DNA of 64,000 nt from Sphingomonadales bacterium (GCA_040004295.1 JBDUBD010000001.1:128-64127), one strand, 5' to 3'. Positions 22,275-33,929 are shown, numbered from the stretch's first letter. Numbers and translations: made by a program. The notes: generated from the sequence alone by a model not told the origin.

Positions 22275-23456
22275 TTAGCCGTCGATCTCCAGCACCCCGC
22301 CCGCCATCAGCCGCTCGACGAGGGCGACCGCGACCTCGGGAGAGAGGCCTGGCAGGTCGGAAACGCGGAAAGCGCTAGTGGTCGCGATATGCGCCAACGC
22401 GTCGTGCGCGGCGGCGTTCACGAAAAGATGCCCGCCGGGGAGCGCGACATCGATCACGCTCCCGCGCGGGAGCAGGTGGAGCAGCGCGAGTGGGGTGTGG
22501 CGAACGCGGTAGCCGGGCGTGATCGTGGCGGGGGCGACCTTTGGCAGCATGGGCAGGTCGCCGACGAAACGCGAGCGGCGCTTTTCCTCCGCATCGGGCA
22601 GGAAATGTGGTGTGCGCCATTGTTCGGCAAGGACCGCAAGCGCGCTACCGAGGGTGCCGTCGGCGATCTGTGGCGCAGTAGTGCGCAGGCGGCGATCGCG
22701 GTCCGACGCATGGTCGATCGCGGCGATCAGCGTGGACCGGAACGTCACCGGCGTGAACGTCATCGTCGCGTGCAGGCATGTGCCGCTCGATTCAACGCTG
22801 TGCGGTGTGCCTCGGGGGACGTAGAGCAAGTCGCCGGGTGACAGGTCGACGGTACGGTAATGGGGCAGCGTGGTGGGCGGCGCGGCTGCGTCCTTCCACA
22901 CATTGTTCAGGCCCGGCGGGTCGGTCGAGACGAACCAGCGCTTGGTTCCGGCGAGCTGAACAACGATGATGTCATTGTCGTCGTAATGGATCTTGGCGCG
23001 GGCGCGATCGACGCTCCAGAACAGCGATGCGTCGACGGGAACCATGAAGACCGATTCGAGCGCGCGGGCGATCCGTGCGAGCGGAGGCGACAGCGACGGG
23101 ATTTCGGGGACGCGCACGGTGTAGCCGTTCGCGTGATATGCGTCGATCAGCGCGGCGAATGTCTCGGGGCTATCAATGCCCACGGCAGGGGGCGGGGGGC
23201 CTAGCGGCGCGACGGCGTGGCTATCCAGTCGTCCGGCATGCGTCGCGAATCCCCTCAGCACCGTCGCGGCGGGATCCGGACCCATCAGTGCCGCGCGGGA
23301 ATGCATCGCGTCGCCCGCGACGTCGAAGCTTTGGCTCGCCTCGACCGACGTCCGGAGCCGGTCGAATGGCATTGGCGCGAGAAGTCCTGCGATCAGGGCC
23401 TGAGCTTCCGTGGGCGTCATGCGGCGCTTCTTATCATCGCCGACATGCTTTGCCAT
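22275..23456 (-). CDS. JmjC/Cupin_4 2OG-Fe(II) oxygenase, ribosomal-oxygenase-like (start 23471, 23456 or 23420)
   Basis: IHYDDNDIIVVQLAGTKRW (HxD plus Lys), PGDLLYVPRGTPH (distal His), winged-helix-like C-terminus. Confidence 0.82.
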   Translation of the reverse strand: MAKHVGDDKKRRMTPTEAQALIAGLLAPMPFDRLRTSVEASQSFDVAGDAMHSRAALMGPDPAATVLRGFATHAGRLDSHAVAPLGPPPPAVGIDSPETFAALIDAYHANGYTVRVPEIPSLSPPLARIARALESVFMVPVDASLFWSVDRARAKIHYDDNDIIVVQLAGTKRWFVSTDPPGLNNVWKDAAAPPTTLPHYRTVDLSPGDLLYVPRGTPHSVESSGTCLHATMTFTPVTFRSTLIAAIDHASDRDRRLRTTAPQIADGTLGSALAVLAEQWRTPHFLPDAEEKRRSRFVGDLPMLPKVAPATITPGYRVRHTPLALLHLLPRGSVIDVALPGGHLFVNAAAHDALAHIATTSAFRVSDLPGLSPEVAVALVERLMAGGVLEIDG

Positions 23457-23515
23457 GTGCTTGCGGTGCAATCTTTGGGTTACACTCGCGGCTTCGCGCG
23501 GTTACACCGCGCGAC

Positions 23516-26272
23516 GTGCCACACCTCTATCTCGTCGATGGCTCCGGCTATATCTTTCGCGCCTATCACCGGCTGCCGCCGCTCACCAACAAGCATGGCG
23601 AGCCAGTCGGGGCGGTCTATGGCTATACGACGATGCTGTGGAAGCTCGCGGCAGACCTGCACGCCGAGGACGGGCCGACGCACATGGCGGTCATCCTCGA
23701 TGCTTCGTCGAAGACGTTCCGCAACGACATGTACGACCAGTACAAGGCGCACCGCCCGCCGCCGCCGGAGGATCTGGTCCCGCAATTCCCGATGATCCGC
23801 CACGCGACGCGCGCGTTTTCTATTCCGTGCATCGAGACCGAGGGGCTGGAGGCCGACGACATCATCGCCTGCTACGCAAAGGCGGCGCTGGCGGAGGGTT
23901 GGAGCGTTACGATCGTTAGTTCCGACAAGGACTTGATGCAGCTGATCGAACCGGGACTGGATTTGCTCGACACGATGAACAACCGGCGGATCGGGCCGGA
24001 ATACGTGGTCGAGAAATTCGGCGTCGGGCCGGAACGGCTGGGCGACGTGCTCGCGCTGATGGGCGACAGTGTCGATAATGTGCCGGGCGTACCGGGCGTG
24101 GGGCCGAAGACGGCGTCGAAACTGATCGTGGAGCATGGCGACCTCGAATCTGTGCTGGCGGCGGCGCCCGCGATGAAGCCGGGCAAGCTACGCGATAATC
24201 TGATCGAACATGCCGACATGGCGCGGCTGTCGCGGGCGCTGGTGACGCTCGAATGCAACGCGCCGCTGCCCGAGCCGCTCGACGATCTGGTGCTGAAAGG
24301 TATTCCGGAGGAGCCGCTGCGCGCGTTCCTCGACCACCACGGGTTCAAGTCGCTGCTGGCAAAGGTCGGCGGGACGAGCGCAATCCCGGCAAAGGCGGCA
24401 ACCTCCGCGCCGGATGAACCGTTGCCGCCCGATGACACACCCTTCGATCTCGACGGATACGACTGCGTGACGACGCTGGACCGGCTCGACCAGTGGATCG
24501 AAACCGCGCGTGCCGCAGGGACGGTCGCGTTCGATACCGAGACCGACGGGCTGGATGCGACACGGGCGCGGCTGATCGGCTTTTCGCTTGCGGTGGCGCC
24601 TGGCCTCGCCTGTTATGTGCCGCTGGCGCACGGCGGGACCGACATGTTCGCGGAAAAGCCCGAGCAGGTGCCGCTGGATGATGCGCTGGCGCGGTTGAAG
24701 GTCTTGCTCGAGGATCCCTCGACGCTGAAGATCGCGCACAACGCCAAGTACGACATGACGGTGCTGGCGCGGCATGGCATCTCCGTTGCGCCCTATGACG
24801 ACACGCTGCTGATGAGTTTCGCGCTCGATGCGGGTAAGCAGTTCAACCACTCGATGGACGAGCTGTCGGTGCTGCATCTGGGACACACGCCCATCCCGTT
24901 CAGCGCGGTGTGCGGCAAGGGCAAGGGGCAGGTGTGCTTCGACCAGGTGCCGTTGCGCGACGCGACGCGTTACGCCGCCGAGGACGCTGACGTCACGTTG
25001 CGGCTGTGGCACCGGTTCAAACCACGCCTCTCGCGCGAGTCGGCGACGACGGTCTACGAACGGGTCGACCGGCCGTTGGTCGCCGTGATCAGCCGGATGG
25101 AACGCCACGGCATCAAGGTCGATCGTGCCGCGCTTGCCGGACTCAGCGGCGAATTCGCCGGGGACATGATCCGGCTGGAGGGCGAAATCCACGAGGCCGC
25201 GGGCGGGCCGTTCCAGGTCGGCAGCCCGGTGCAACTGGGTCAAGTGCTGTTCGAGCGCATGGGCCTGAAAGGTGGTCGCAAAGGCAAGACCGGCGCCTAT
25301 TCGACCGACGTCAACGAACTCGAACGGCTGGCGGGCGAAGGCGTGGAGGTCGCGCGCAAGGTGCTCGACTGGCGGCAGGTTTCGAAGCTGAAATCGACGT
25401 ATACCGACGCGCTGCAGGCACAGATCAATCCCGAGACGGGCCGCGTCCATACCAGTTACAGCCTGATCGGCGCGCAAACCGGGCGGTTGTCGTCGAACGA
25501 TCCCAATTTGCAGAACATCCCCGTCCGCACCGAAAGCGGCCGCCGCATTCGCGAGGCGTTCGTGGCGGATGAGGGCAATGTGCTGCTCAGCGCCGACTAT
25601 TCGCAAATCGAGCTGCGCCTTGCCGCGCACATGGCCGATGTGCCCGCGCTCAAGGCCGCGTTCGCGAACGGCGACGACATCCATTCGCTGACCGCGCAGG
25701 AGCTGTTCGGCGAGGTGAACCGCGACACGCGGGGCCGGGCGAAGACGATCAATTTCTCGATCCTCTACGGCATTTCGCGCTGGGGCCTGGCGGGGCGGAT
25801 GGGCACGACGCCCGACGAGGCGCAGGCGCTGATCGACCGCTATTTCGAGCGTTTCCCCGGCATCAACCGCTACATCGCCGAGACGCTCAGCCACGTGAAG
25901 GAAACCGGCTTCACGACGACTTTGTTCGGGCGGAAGGTGCATTTCACCAATATCAACTCGCGCGTCCAGCACGAGCGGCAGGGGGCGGAGCGCGCCGCGA
26001 TCAACGCGCCGATCCAGGGCACCAGCGCCGACATCATCAAGCGCGCGATGGTCCGCATGACGCCCGCACTCGTCGCTGCAGGGCTGCCGGAGGTGCGGAT
26101 GCTGCTGACCGTCCACGACGAACTGGTGTTCGAACTGCCCGAGACGCAGGTTGAGGCCGCAAGCGACGTCATCCGTCACGTCATGGCGACCGCCGCCGCC
26201 CCGCTCGTCGAACTCATGGTGCCGCTCGATGTCGAAATCGGCACCGGCAAGAACTGGGGCACCGCGCATTGA
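23516..26272 (+). CDS. polA: DNA polymerase I
   Basis: YLVDGSGYIFRAY 5' nuclease, AFDTET exonuclease, DYSQIELR, AKTINFSILYG, VHDELVFE; GTG start at 23516. Confidence 0.99.
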   Translation: MPHLYLVDGSGYIFRAYHRLPPLTNKHGEPVGAVYGYTTMLWKLAADLHAEDGPTHMAVILDASSKTFRNDMYDQYKAHRPPPPEDLVPQFPMIRHATRAFSIPCIETEGLEADDIIACYAKAALAEGWSVTIVSSDKDLMQLIEPGLDLLDTMNNRRIGPEYVVEKFGVGPERLGDVLALMGDSVDNVPGVPGVGPKTASKLIVEHGDLESVLAAAPAMKPGKLRDNLIEHADMARLSRALVTLECNAPLPEPLDDLVLKGIPEEPLRAFLDHHGFKSLLAKVGGTSAIPAKAATSAPDEPLPPDDTPFDLDGYDCVTTLDRLDQWIETARAAGTVAFDTETDGLDATRARLIGFSLAVAPGLACYVPLAHGGTDMFAEKPEQVPLDDALARLKVLLEDPSTLKIAHNAKYDMTVLARHGISVAPYDDTLLMSFALDAGKQFNHSMDELSVLHLGHTPIPFSAVCGKGKGQVCFDQVPLRDATRYAAEDADVTLRLWHRFKPRLSRESATTVYERVDRPLVAVISRMERHGIKVDRAALAGLSGEFAGDMIRLEGEIHEAAGGPFQVGSPVQLGQVLFERMGLKGGRKGKTGAYSTDVNELERLAGEGVEVARKVLDWRQVSKLKSTYTDALQAQINPETGRVHTSYSLIGAQTGRLSSNDPNLQNIPVRTESGRRIREAFVADEGNVLLSADYSQIELRLAAHMADVPALKAAFANGDDIHSLTAQELFGEVNRDTRGRAKTINFSILYGISRWGLAGRMGTTPDEAQALIDRYFERFPGINRYIAETLSHVKETGFTTTLFGRKVHFTNINSRVQHERQGAERAAINAPIQGTSADIIKRAMVRMTPALVAAGLPEVRMLLTVHDELVFELPETQVEAASDVIRHVMATAAAPLVELMVPLDVEIGTGKNWGTAH

Positions 26273-27798
26273 CGCAGCGCAATGCCGAGCTTGCGGCGCT
26301 GGCGGCGGGCGGGCGGACGAGCTTTTTCGGTTTCCTGCTGCGCCTTGCCGCGCGTTTCCCGTTTCTGTTCATCGCGGGGCGTATGTACGGCACCGAAGCG
26401 CTCGGGCGCTTCGCCTATGCCGTGCTTGTCGTCGAATTCGCAGCGCAGGTCGCGACCATGGGGTTGAAGCGCGGCCTTGCGCAGCAGCTTTCGACCAGCG
26501 AGCGCAATCACAGCTGCGACGTGTGGGACGCGATGATTGTGTGCGCGGTCGCATCGCTGATCGCGGCGGGCGTGCTCATCCTGCTGCCGCAGGCGATGTT
26601 CCCGAACAGCACGCTGAACGGCATGGACCGGCTGTTGCCGCTGATTATCCTGCCGCTGGCGGCATCCGACATCGCGTTGTCGGCGCTCGCCTATCGCCGT
26701 GATCTGGCCGCGACGGTGCGTGCGCGGTCGGTCGTGGAGCCCTGGGTGCTGGGGCTTACCGCGGGTGGACTCGCCTTCGTCACGACACGCGACGGATTGA
26801 TCATCGCCTATGTCGTGTCGATCATGGCGGCCTGTCTGGCGTCGATGATCCCGCTGGTGAAAAGCTTCGGCTTCCCGCCCTCGGACTGGAGTCCACGCCC
26901 CGGCCTCATCTGGGGCATGGCGCGGCGCAACACGCCGCTTGCCGCTGCCGATGCCATCGAATGGGCGTCGCGGCGCATCGACATCGCGATCCTCGGCCTG
27001 TTCCTGTCGCCGTCCGCTGTCGGGATATATTGGGGCGCACAGCAGGTCGCGTCCTTGCCGCAAAAGTTGAAAACGACCTTCGACCCCATCCTTGCGCCCG
27101 TCATTACCGAGTCGCTCGGCAAAGGCGATCGCAAGGCCGTGGCGCGACACATCCGCCAGGTCGCCTTCTGGATCACTGCCGCGCAACTGATGGGGTTGCT
27201 CATGTTCGGCATCCCTTCGGTGGGCGTGATGGGCATCATCGGCCCGGCCTTTGTGATGGGCGCGGGGGCGCTGGTCGTGCTGCTCTCCGCAGAAGTGTTC
27301 GCATCGACCGGTGCCGTTGCCGAATCGGCGCTGATCTATGTCGCGCGAAAGCGGAACATGATGATTTCGTTTGGGACGATCGTGTTGCAGGCCGTTCTCT
27401 GCGCCAGCCTGATCGCCCTAGCACAGGCCGAAGGTCTTTCGGTTTTCTGGCAGATGGCCGCTGCCGCGCTCGGTCTTTTGCTCGCGCTGTTCGCCGCTTC
27501 GCTTGCCAAGGCCTGGCTCGCCGAACGCCTGCTCGGCGGCCCCGTTGCCGGATGGCGCTGGACGCTCGTGCCGGCGGCGGGGCTGGCCGGTGCCGTCGGC
27601 TGGGCAGCGGTCCAGTACCTGCCGGAATGGGCGACGATGACGGTCGGCATGACGGCCATCGCAATAACCTACACCGCCGGGTTGTGGATATTTGCCTTCG
27701 GCCCCGAGGATCGCGAACTGTTCCGCCTGCGGCGCCCACCGTCGGAACCCGCCGGACCCGAACCCGTCCTCAGTGACGGAAGTGACGCATCCCATTAG
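26269..27798 (+). CDS. Oligosaccharide flippase / polysaccharide biosynthesis (MOP superfamily) protein
   Basis: About 13 hydrophobic helices; DIAILGLFLSPSAVGIY pattern of the Wzx-like family; overlaps the polA stop. Confidence 0.8.
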   Translation: MTQRNAELAALAAGGRTSFFGFLLRLAARFPFLFIAGRMYGTEALGRFAYAVLVVEFAAQVATMGLKRGLAQQLSTSERNHSCDVWDAMIVCAVASLIAAGVLILLPQAMFPNSTLNGMDRLLPLIILPLAASDIALSALAYRRDLAATVRARSVVEPWVLGLTAGGLAFVTTRDGLIIAYVVSIMAACLASMIPLVKSFGFPPSDWSPRPGLIWGMARRNTPLAAADAIEWASRRIDIAILGLFLSPSAVGIYWGAQQVASLPQKLKTTFDPILAPVITESLGKGDRKAVARHIRQVAFWITAAQLMGLLMFGIPSVGVMGIIGPAFVMGAGALVVLLSAEVFASTGAVAESALIYVARKRNMMISFGTIVLQAVLCASLIALAQAEGLSVFWQMAAAALGLLLALFAASLAKAWLAERLLGGPVAGWRWTLVPAAGLAGAVGWAAVQYLPEWATMTVGMTAIAITYTAGLWIFAFGPEDRELFRLRRPPSEPAGPEPVLSDGSDASH

Positions 27799-27812
27799 CC
27801 CAGATCCTGAGA

Positions 27813-28499
27813 CTAGCGCTTTGGCACCACTCTCAGCTCGTGATCGATGTAAAGTAGCACTTCTGTAGGTCCGGTCAGCGCCCAGCGTACCGGGCGTGCG
27901 AGACTGTCGGCCTCGACTGCATAGTCGGAACCGAACAGCTTCGCCGCAGTCGTTGCATCCGCAGCGATTGCAGCAAGTATCTGCGGGCGGTATTGGCTGG
28001 GATCGACGATCGACACGCCGGGATCCACGTCATTCTTGATTAGCGCGCGCCCGGCCAATGGCACCGCTTTGGCGAACGCAGCGAGGCGGTCGAATGCGGC
28101 GGGCGCATTCCCGTCGCTTAGCGGCGTCTTGATGATGAACGAAACCTGCTCGGCGTCATCGCGGTCCTCATCTTTTTCGAACTTCAGCTTGTCGGCATAG
28201 TTCGCAACGGTGAGCGGTTGGATGACAACTTCGCCATACGCCAGTTGAACTTGCCGTTTTGCACCGAGCTCGATGGCGTTTCGAACCGTCGTCAATATCT
28301 CGCGGCGACGCATGTCCTTTTCACGCGCGTCGCCATAGACGGTGATGACCTGCACTGCGAAATCGGCGCGGCGCTTGATGCCAATGCCCGTCGTATCCGC
28401 TGCCGTAGGCGACGTACGCCGTTGCGCAGTTACGACGATTTCCTGCGCCAGAACAGGCATCGATATTGCTAACATCGCAAGTGCTATCGCGAAACGCAT
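27813..28499 (-). CDS. Secreted hypothetical protein, SIMPL/DUF541-like, with a TonB-box-like N-terminus
   Basis: Signal peptide ending [13 protein letters not shown]; [10 protein letters not shown] and TAAKLFG pattern reminiscent of SIMPL. Confidence 0.55.
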   Translation of the reverse strand: MRFAIALAMLAISMPVLAQEIVVTAQRRTSPTAADTTGIGIKRRADFAVQVITVYGDAREKDMRRREILTTVRNAIELGAKRQVQLAYGEVVIQPLTVANYADKLKFEKDEDRDDAEQVSFIIKTPLSDGNAPAAFDRLAAFAKAVPLAGRALIKNDVDPGVSIVDPSQYRPQILAAIAADATTAAKLFGSDYAVEADSLARPVRWALTGPTEVLLYIDHELRVVPKR

Positions 28500-28560
28500 C
28501 CGCTTCTCCCCTTTTGGTCGCAGGGAGTGTGTCGCGGTGCCGGTCGGCTGTCTACCGTCC

Positions 28561-30126
28561 TCAGTGCCGGAAGTGCCGCATCCCGGTAAAGACCATGGCC
28601 AGTCCGGCATCGTCGGCGGCCTTGATCACGTCTTCATCGCGAATCGATCCGCCGGGCTGGATGACACAGGTGGCCCCCGCGCCCGCCGCAGCAAGCAGAC
28701 CGTCGGCGAAGGGGAAGAACGCGTCGGATGCGACGGCCGAGCCGATGGTGCGTGGTTCCGTCCAGCCTGCCTTTTCGGCGGCGTCCTTGGCTTTCCATGC
28801 GGCGATGCGCGCGGATTCCAGCCGGTTCATCTGCCCCGCGCCGATCCCAGCTGTGCTGCCGCCTTTGGCATAGACGATCGCGTTCGACTTGACGTGCTTG
28901 GCGACCGTCCAGGCGAAGCGCGCATCTGCGAGTTCTTGCGGCGTCGGTTCGCGCTTGGTGACCGTCTTCAGTTCGCCCAGCTGGCCATTATCGCGTGACT
29001 GGAACAGCGCCCCGCCAGCGATCGTCTTCAACATCATGCCGCCGCGCGCCGGGTCGGGCAGCGGACCGGTCAGGATCAGGCGGAGGTTTTTTTTCTTTGC
29101 AAAGATGGCCAGCGCAGCTTCGTCGGCATCGGGCGCAGCGACGACTTCGGTGAAGATCTCGCTGATCGCCTCCGCCGTCGGCCCGTCGAGCGGACGGTTG
29201 AGCGCGACGATGCCGCCGAACGCCGAAACGCTGTCGCAATCGAACGCCGCGCGATACGCCTCGACCAGCGTCTCGCCGGTCGCGACACCACAGGGGTTGG
29301 CGTGCTTGACGATGACCACGGTCGGCGGCCCGTCGCGGAATTCGCTGACCAGTTCCAGCGCAGCGTCGGCATCGTTCAGGTTGTTGTAGCTCAGTTCCTT
29401 GCCCTGCACCTGCCGGTGATCGGCAAGCGAGCCAGAGGGCGCGAATGCGGGCAAATAGAGCGCCGCCGACTGATGCGGGTTCTCGCCATAGCGCAGCGAC
29501 TGGCCCAGCTTGAACGGCACCGACAACGACAGCGGGAACATCTGCCCCTGGTCCGCGAACGCGAACCACGATGCGATCATGGCATCATATTGGGCGGTCG
29601 CGGCATAGGCTTTTGCGGCGAAGGTGCGGCGCTGGTCCAGTGTGGTTTCGCCCATTGCCACGGCGGCATAATCGGCGGGATCGGTGACGATCGCGACGCT
29701 CGCGTGGTTCTTTGCCGCCGACCGCACCATCGACGGGCCGCCGATGTCGATGTTCTCGATGATCTCGTCACGGCTCGCCCCGCGCGCGACAGTGGCCGCG
29801 AAGGGGTAGAGATTGACGACGACGAGGTCGATCGCGCCGATGCCGTGTGCTTCCATCGCGGCAACATGTTCCGGATTGTCGCGTACCGCGAGCAACCCGC
29901 CGTGAACGGTCGGATGCAATGTCTTGACCCGCCCGTCCATCATCTCGGGAAAGCCGGTCAGGTCGGACACGTCACGCACCGTCAGCCCGGCATCGCGCAA
30001 CGCCTTCGCGGTGCCGCCGGTCGAAACGAGCTCGACGCCCTTGTCGGCAAGCGCCCGGCCAAGGTCGGCAAGGCCAGTCTTGTCGGAGACCGAAAGGAGC
30101 GCGCGTTTGATGGTGATGGCGGTCAA
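28561..30126 (-). CDS. purH: Bifunctional AICAR transformylase/IMP cyclohydrolase
   Basis: [44 protein letters not shown]. Confidence 0.99.
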   Translation of the reverse strand: MTAITIKRALLSVSDKTGLADLGRALADKGVELVSTGGTAKALRDAGLTVRDVSDLTGFPEMMDGRVKTLHPTVHGGLLAVRDNPEHVAAMEAHGIGAIDLVVVNLYPFAATVARGASRDEIIENIDIGGPSMVRSAAKNHASVAIVTDPADYAAVAMGETTLDQRRTFAAKAYAATAQYDAMIASWFAFADQGQMFPLSLSVPFKLGQSLRYGENPHQSAALYLPAFAPSGSLADHRQVQGKELSYNNLNDADAALELVSEFRDGPPTVVIVKHANPCGVATGETLVEAYRAAFDCDSVSAFGGIVALNRPLDGPTAEAISEIFTEVVAAPDADEAALAIFAKKKNLRLILTGPLPDPARGGMMLKTIAGGALFQSRDNGQLGELKTVTKREPTPQELADARFAWTVAKHVKSNAIVYAKGGSTAGIGAGQMNRLESARIAAWKAKDAAEKAGWTEPRTIGSAVASDAFFPFADGLLAAAGAGATCVIQPGGSIRDEDVIKAADDAGLAMVFTGMRHFRH

Positions 30127-30136
30127 TGTTCTTCCC

Positions 30137-30229
30137 CGTTACCCCGGCGAAGGCCGGGGCCTATGCGCCTCACGCTATGGAGGCTCCCTATTGAAATGCG
30201 TCTAGGCCCCGGCCTGCGCCGGGGTGACG
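30137..30229. repeat. REP doublet (CGTC-type REP dimer)
   Basis: CGTTACCCCGGCGAAGGCCGGGGCCTA at 30137-30163 and its inverted copy TAGGCCCCGGCCTGCGCCGGGGTGACG at 30203-30229. Confidence 0.85.
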
Positions 30230-30239
30230 CGGCTAAAAT

Positions 30240-31985
30240 CTACCCTGCCCGCTTCAGCAGCCACGCGACGCTGGTGCCCCCCGGCGGTGCTTCACCCTCG
30301 ACGACGAATTGCTGTGTGTTCTGCGGTTGTCCGTCGGCGTCGATCCACAGGCTGTCCTCGATCGACACCGAACCGCCACGACAGCGGAACTGCCACAGCG
30401 TACCGCTTTCCATGCGCAGCAGGGCGGCCTGTCCGTCGGCGGTGGGCGTGACCTCGACGCCGGGGGCGAGGTGGAAGCGGATGGCGAAGGGTGTTGCATT
30501 CACCTTGCGGCGCTTGGGCGCGGGCAGCAGTGCATCCTCTCCGCGCAACTCGCGACCGCTTGCCGACAGCGCCAGCGTGCGCTTGTGGATCAGGCCGAAG
30601 CGGCGGGTATAGCCGTCATGGCTGGCGTCGATGCGGCTGCCGCCCTCCAGCTCCTCGCGATCGACCTCGACCGAAACGACGCCTGCGCCCAGCGCGCCAT
30701 CGGCATGGATCGCGGTCGAATTGCTGTCGCCGAGTGTCAGCGTCGAATGCGCGGCGGTCGTGCGCAGCGCGCGGGCGAGTTCGGAGGGCAGTCCGCCCGC
30801 GCCGCCCATGCCGCCGCAATTGACGATCAGCCGCTGCTCGCCGTCCGAGAGCTCGAACGCCAGCGTCGAGGCACAGCCGCCCCTGGCGATGCGGCTTTGC
30901 GGGGGCGGCGCCATGTCGGTGACGACGACGGTCGCACCCCCCGCCATGCGCTGATAGCCCCAGTCGTGCGCCTGACGCAGCGGGCGGGTACGGACACCCG
31001 AGGCGGCGATGACGGAGTCGATGCGCGTCCGCGAGACCGGCCCGGCGCCCTGCCAGCTCGACAGTCCGCCATCGCCCATGACGATGCCGAGCAATGCCGC
31101 GACCGCCTTGTCGAGCGCCGACTGAACCCCGATGGGCCATTCCTGGCGGCGGCAGTCATATACAGATGCCAGCATCGACAGCAGCTCGATCACCTCGATC
31201 TGATCGACCGGCGCGCGGGTCACGACACCGCCATCGTCGCTCAGCCCGCTGATGAGCGCACGGACCAGCCCCGCCTCGCCGAACTGAAGGCGCACGTCGC
31301 CACCGGGGATCAGCAGCCCCGCCGCGACCACGCCCGCCCATGCCGCGATACGCTTTGGTCCCGCGGGCGCGCGATCGGCGTTGCGGTCGAGATGCCGTGC
31401 GCCGCGTGCCATCGCATTGAGCACGGCCGACCGGTAAACGATGTTCGATGATGACAGGATCAGCGGCGCATGCGCGGTCCACGCCAGCAGCCGCCAGCCG
31501 ATCCGGTCGGGCGCCCAGGCGGGATCGCTGACCTTGGCCCCGTGACGTTCGATCCAGCGCGTCATCAGCGCCTCTGCCACGGGCGCACCCTGCGTCCGGC
31601 TTGCCCCCGCCGCCAGGTCGCGCAGCCATGTAAAGCGCTCGATGTGCGCGCCGAGCGCAGGAGAGGCGCCGCCGTTCCCGGCAAAATCTATTGCGGCAAC
31701 CGGCACGCTTTCGCGTCCCAATATCATCACGCCCTGCACCAGCCGACGCCCCGCTGCCTCATCGCCCGCGAACGGATCGTTCGGCACGGCGAGCAGCTTC
31801 AGTGGGTAACGCCCGTTCAGGCGGAACCCGTGCAGCGGCGTCCGCCATGTCAGCCGATGGAAACCGTTGATCAAGCGTTCGCCGAGCGACACGCCCTTGT
31901 CGCCAGCGCGGACCAGTCGACGCCCCGCCGCAATCTCGCCGGGGTCATCGGCGGCGACGAAGGCATCGGGGTCGCGGTCGCTCAT
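30240..31985 (-). CDS. Heparinase II/III-family protein
   Basis: LAFELSDG...[15 protein letters not shown] and ASHDGY motifs; conserved rpe-heparinase-purH context. Confidence 0.85.
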   Translation of the reverse strand: MSDRDPDAFVAADDPGEIAAGRRLVRAGDKGVSLGERLINGFHRLTWRTPLHGFRLNGRYPLKLLAVPNDPFAGDEAAGRRLVQGVMILGRESVPVAAIDFAGNGGASPALGAHIERFTWLRDLAAGASRTQGAPVAEALMTRWIERHGAKVSDPAWAPDRIGWRLLAWTAHAPLILSSSNIVYRSAVLNAMARGARHLDRNADRAPAGPKRIAAWAGVVAAGLLIPGGDVRLQFGEAGLVRALISGLSDDGGVVTRAPVDQIEVIELLSMLASVYDCRRQEWPIGVQSALDKAVAALLGIVMGDGGLSSWQGAGPVSRTRIDSVIAASGVRTRPLRQAHDWGYQRMAGGATVVVTDMAPPPQSRIARGGCASTLAFELSDGEQRLIVNCGGMGGAGGLPSELARALRTTAAHSTLTLGDSNSTAIHADGALGAGVVSVEVDREELEGGSRIDASHDGYTRRFGLIHKRTLALSASGRELRGEDALLPAPKRRKVNATPFAIRFHLAPGVEVTPTADGQAALLRMESGTLWQFRCRGGSVSIEDSLWIDADGQPQNTQQFVVEGEAPPGGTSVAWLLKRAG

Positions 31986-32668
31986 CCCGCAGTCCCGGCT
32001 CCGCGCAGGGATTTTATGTTGGCGGCGTACTGGCCGGGTCCGCCCCGGAAGGTCGCTGTGCCCGCGACCAGCACGTCCGCTCCGGCGGCGATGACGCGCG
32101 GGGCCGTGATAGCATCGACACCGCCATCGACTTCCAGCCTTATGTCGCGGCCCGACTTGTCGATCATGCTGCGGATCGCCGAAATCTTTTTCAGCTGGTT
32201 CTCGATGAAACTCTGTCCGCCGAAACCGGGATTGACGCTCATCACCAGCACCAGGTCGATGTCGTCCATCAGATAATCGAGCATCTTGGCGGGCGTGCCG
32301 GGGTTGAGCGAAACGCCCGCAAGCTTGCCCAGCGATTTCACGTGCTGGATGCTGCGGTGGATGTGCGGCCCCGCCTCGGCATGGACGGTGATGATGTCGG
32401 CACCGGCGTCGGCAAAAGCATCGAGGAAATTATCGACCGGCGAAATCATCAGGTGCACGTCGAGCGGCAATGTCGTGTGCGGGCGGATCGCCTTCACGAC
32501 CATGGGGCCGATGGTGATGTTGGGGACGAAATGGCCGTCCATGACATCGACATGGACCCAGTCGGCGCCCGCTTCGTCGATCGCGCGCACTTCCTCACCC
32601 AGGCGCGCGAAGTCGGCGCTCAGGATCGACGGGGAAATGCGGATTTGACGGGAAAACTGATCGGGCAT
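31982..32668 (-). CDS. rpe: Ribulose-phosphate 3-epimerase
   Basis: [36 protein letters not shown]. Confidence 0.98.
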   Translation of the reverse strand: MPDQFSRQIRISPSILSADFARLGEEVRAIDEAGADWVHVDVMDGHFVPNITIGPMVVKAIRPHTTLPLDVHLMISPVDNFLDAFADAGADIITVHAEAGPHIHRSIQHVKSLGKLAGVSLNPGTPAKMLDYLMDDIDLVLVMSVNPGFGGQSFIENQLKKISAIRSMIDKSGRDIRLEVDGGVDAITAPRVIAAGADVLVAGTATFRGGPGQYAANIKSLRGAGTAG

Positions 32669-32702
32669 GGGCCGTAGGCCCTAACCGTACGTTGCCATGG
32701 CC

Positions 32703-33929
32703 TCAAGGTCGTTTCAGGCGTGCCATGAAAAAACCGTCGCGTCCGGGTGCGGGCAGGATGCGCACCCAACCTTCGGCTGCGGGTGCGATCCCTTCCGGCA
32801 ATTCGTCCGCCGCGACGGGATCGACGGTCAGGCCGCTCGCCGCCACGACCTGCTCGCCCTCCTCGGGTTCGACCGAACAGGTGGCGTAGATCAACCGTCC
32901 GTCGGGGGTGAGCCAGCCTGCGGCACGCGCGAGCATCCGTGCCTGAAGTCCGGCGAGCGCGGCAATGTCCTTCGGCCCGATGCGGTGCAGGACGTCGGGA
33001 TGGCGCGCGAAGATGCCGGTCGCGGTGCATGGCGCGTCGAGCATGATCGCGTCGAACGGCGCCGCCGGTTCCCAGGACATGACGTCAGCGATGACGATCT
33101 CTGCCGACAACTTCGTCCGCACGAGATTTTCGCTCAGCCGCTCGGCACGCTTGGCGTGCTGCTCGACCGCAGTCACCTTCCAGCCTGCAGCGGCGAGCTG
33201 CATCGTCTTGCCCCCGGGTGCGGCGCACAGGTCGAGCACCGCGCGCCCCTCGCCCGGTCCAAATAGCCGTGCAGGGATCGCCGCCGACAGATTCTGGACC
33301 CAGAACGTGCCCTCGGCATAGCCGGGCAATTCGGTAACCGGCGTTCCGCGCGGCAGGCGGCGTTGGCCGGGCCACAATTCCTCGCCGCCCAGTCCGCCAT
33401 CGTCGGCGGGATCGCGAAGCATCACATCGAGAGGCGGTGGCGTGGCGATCGCGCGGGCAGCGTCACCCAGCATCGCGTATCCCCATGCCGCGCCCCAGCG
33501 TCCCCGAACGGCTTCGGGCAGGGTCGGCGCTTCGGGCAATAGCGCGCCGCGCCGTATCAAAGTGCCGAACACGCCGTGGACCAGCCGCTTGGGTCCACCC
33601 ATGACCAGCGGCAGCACCGTCGTGATCGCGGCATGCGGCGGCGTACCGAGTACCAGCGCCTGGACCAGCGCGATGCGCAGCACGGCACGCGCCTTGGCAT
33701 CGCCGGGCAGCGGTTGCGCGGTCGCACTGTCGATCAGCGCGTCGAGATCGAACAAATGGCGGAACACCTCGCCCGCGATCGCCCGCGCCAGCCCTTCGTC
33801 GGCGTGGGACAGACCGTGGGCTGGCAGCACGTCGAACCTTTGTCCACGCCGCAACACGGCATCGACCATCGTCAGCGCGGCGCGCCGCGATTCCGCGCCG
33901 ACCGCGCTTCCCTGTCCCTCTTCGCTCAC
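32703..33929 (-). CDS. RsmB/NOP-family RNA m5C methyltransferase
   Basis: VLDLCAAPGGKT, LDAPCTATG, YATCS catalytic Cys motifs. Confidence 0.92.
   Translation of the reverse strand: MSEEGQGSAVGAESRRAALTMVDAVLRRGQRFDVLPAHGLSHADEGLARAIAGEVFRHLFDLDALIDSATAQPLPGDAKARAVLRIALVQALVLGTPPHAAITTVLPLVMGGPKRLVHGVFGTLIRRGALLPEAPTLPEAVRGRWGAAWGYAMLGDAARAIATPPPLDVMLRDPADDGGLGGEELWPGQRRLPRGTPVTELPGYAEGTFWVQNLSAAIPARLFGPGEGRAVLDLCAAPGGKTMQLAAAGWKVTAVEQHAKRAERLSENLVRTKLSAEIVIADVMSWEPAAPFDAIMLDAPCTATGIFARHPDVLHRIGPKDIAALAGLQARMLARAAGWLTPDGRLIYATCSVEPEEGEQVVAASGLTVDPVAADELPEGIAPAAEGWVRILPAPGRDGFFMARLKRP

Noticed and set aside
24188-26269. 693-aa minus-strand ORF
   Set aside because: Antisense shadow of polA, explained by the codon bias of the sense gene.
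30240-31985. Heparinase II/III gene as a sign of glycosaminoglycan catabolism
   Set aside because: It sits in a conserved housekeeping context (rsmB-rpe-X-purH) with no sugar-utilisation genes nearby.
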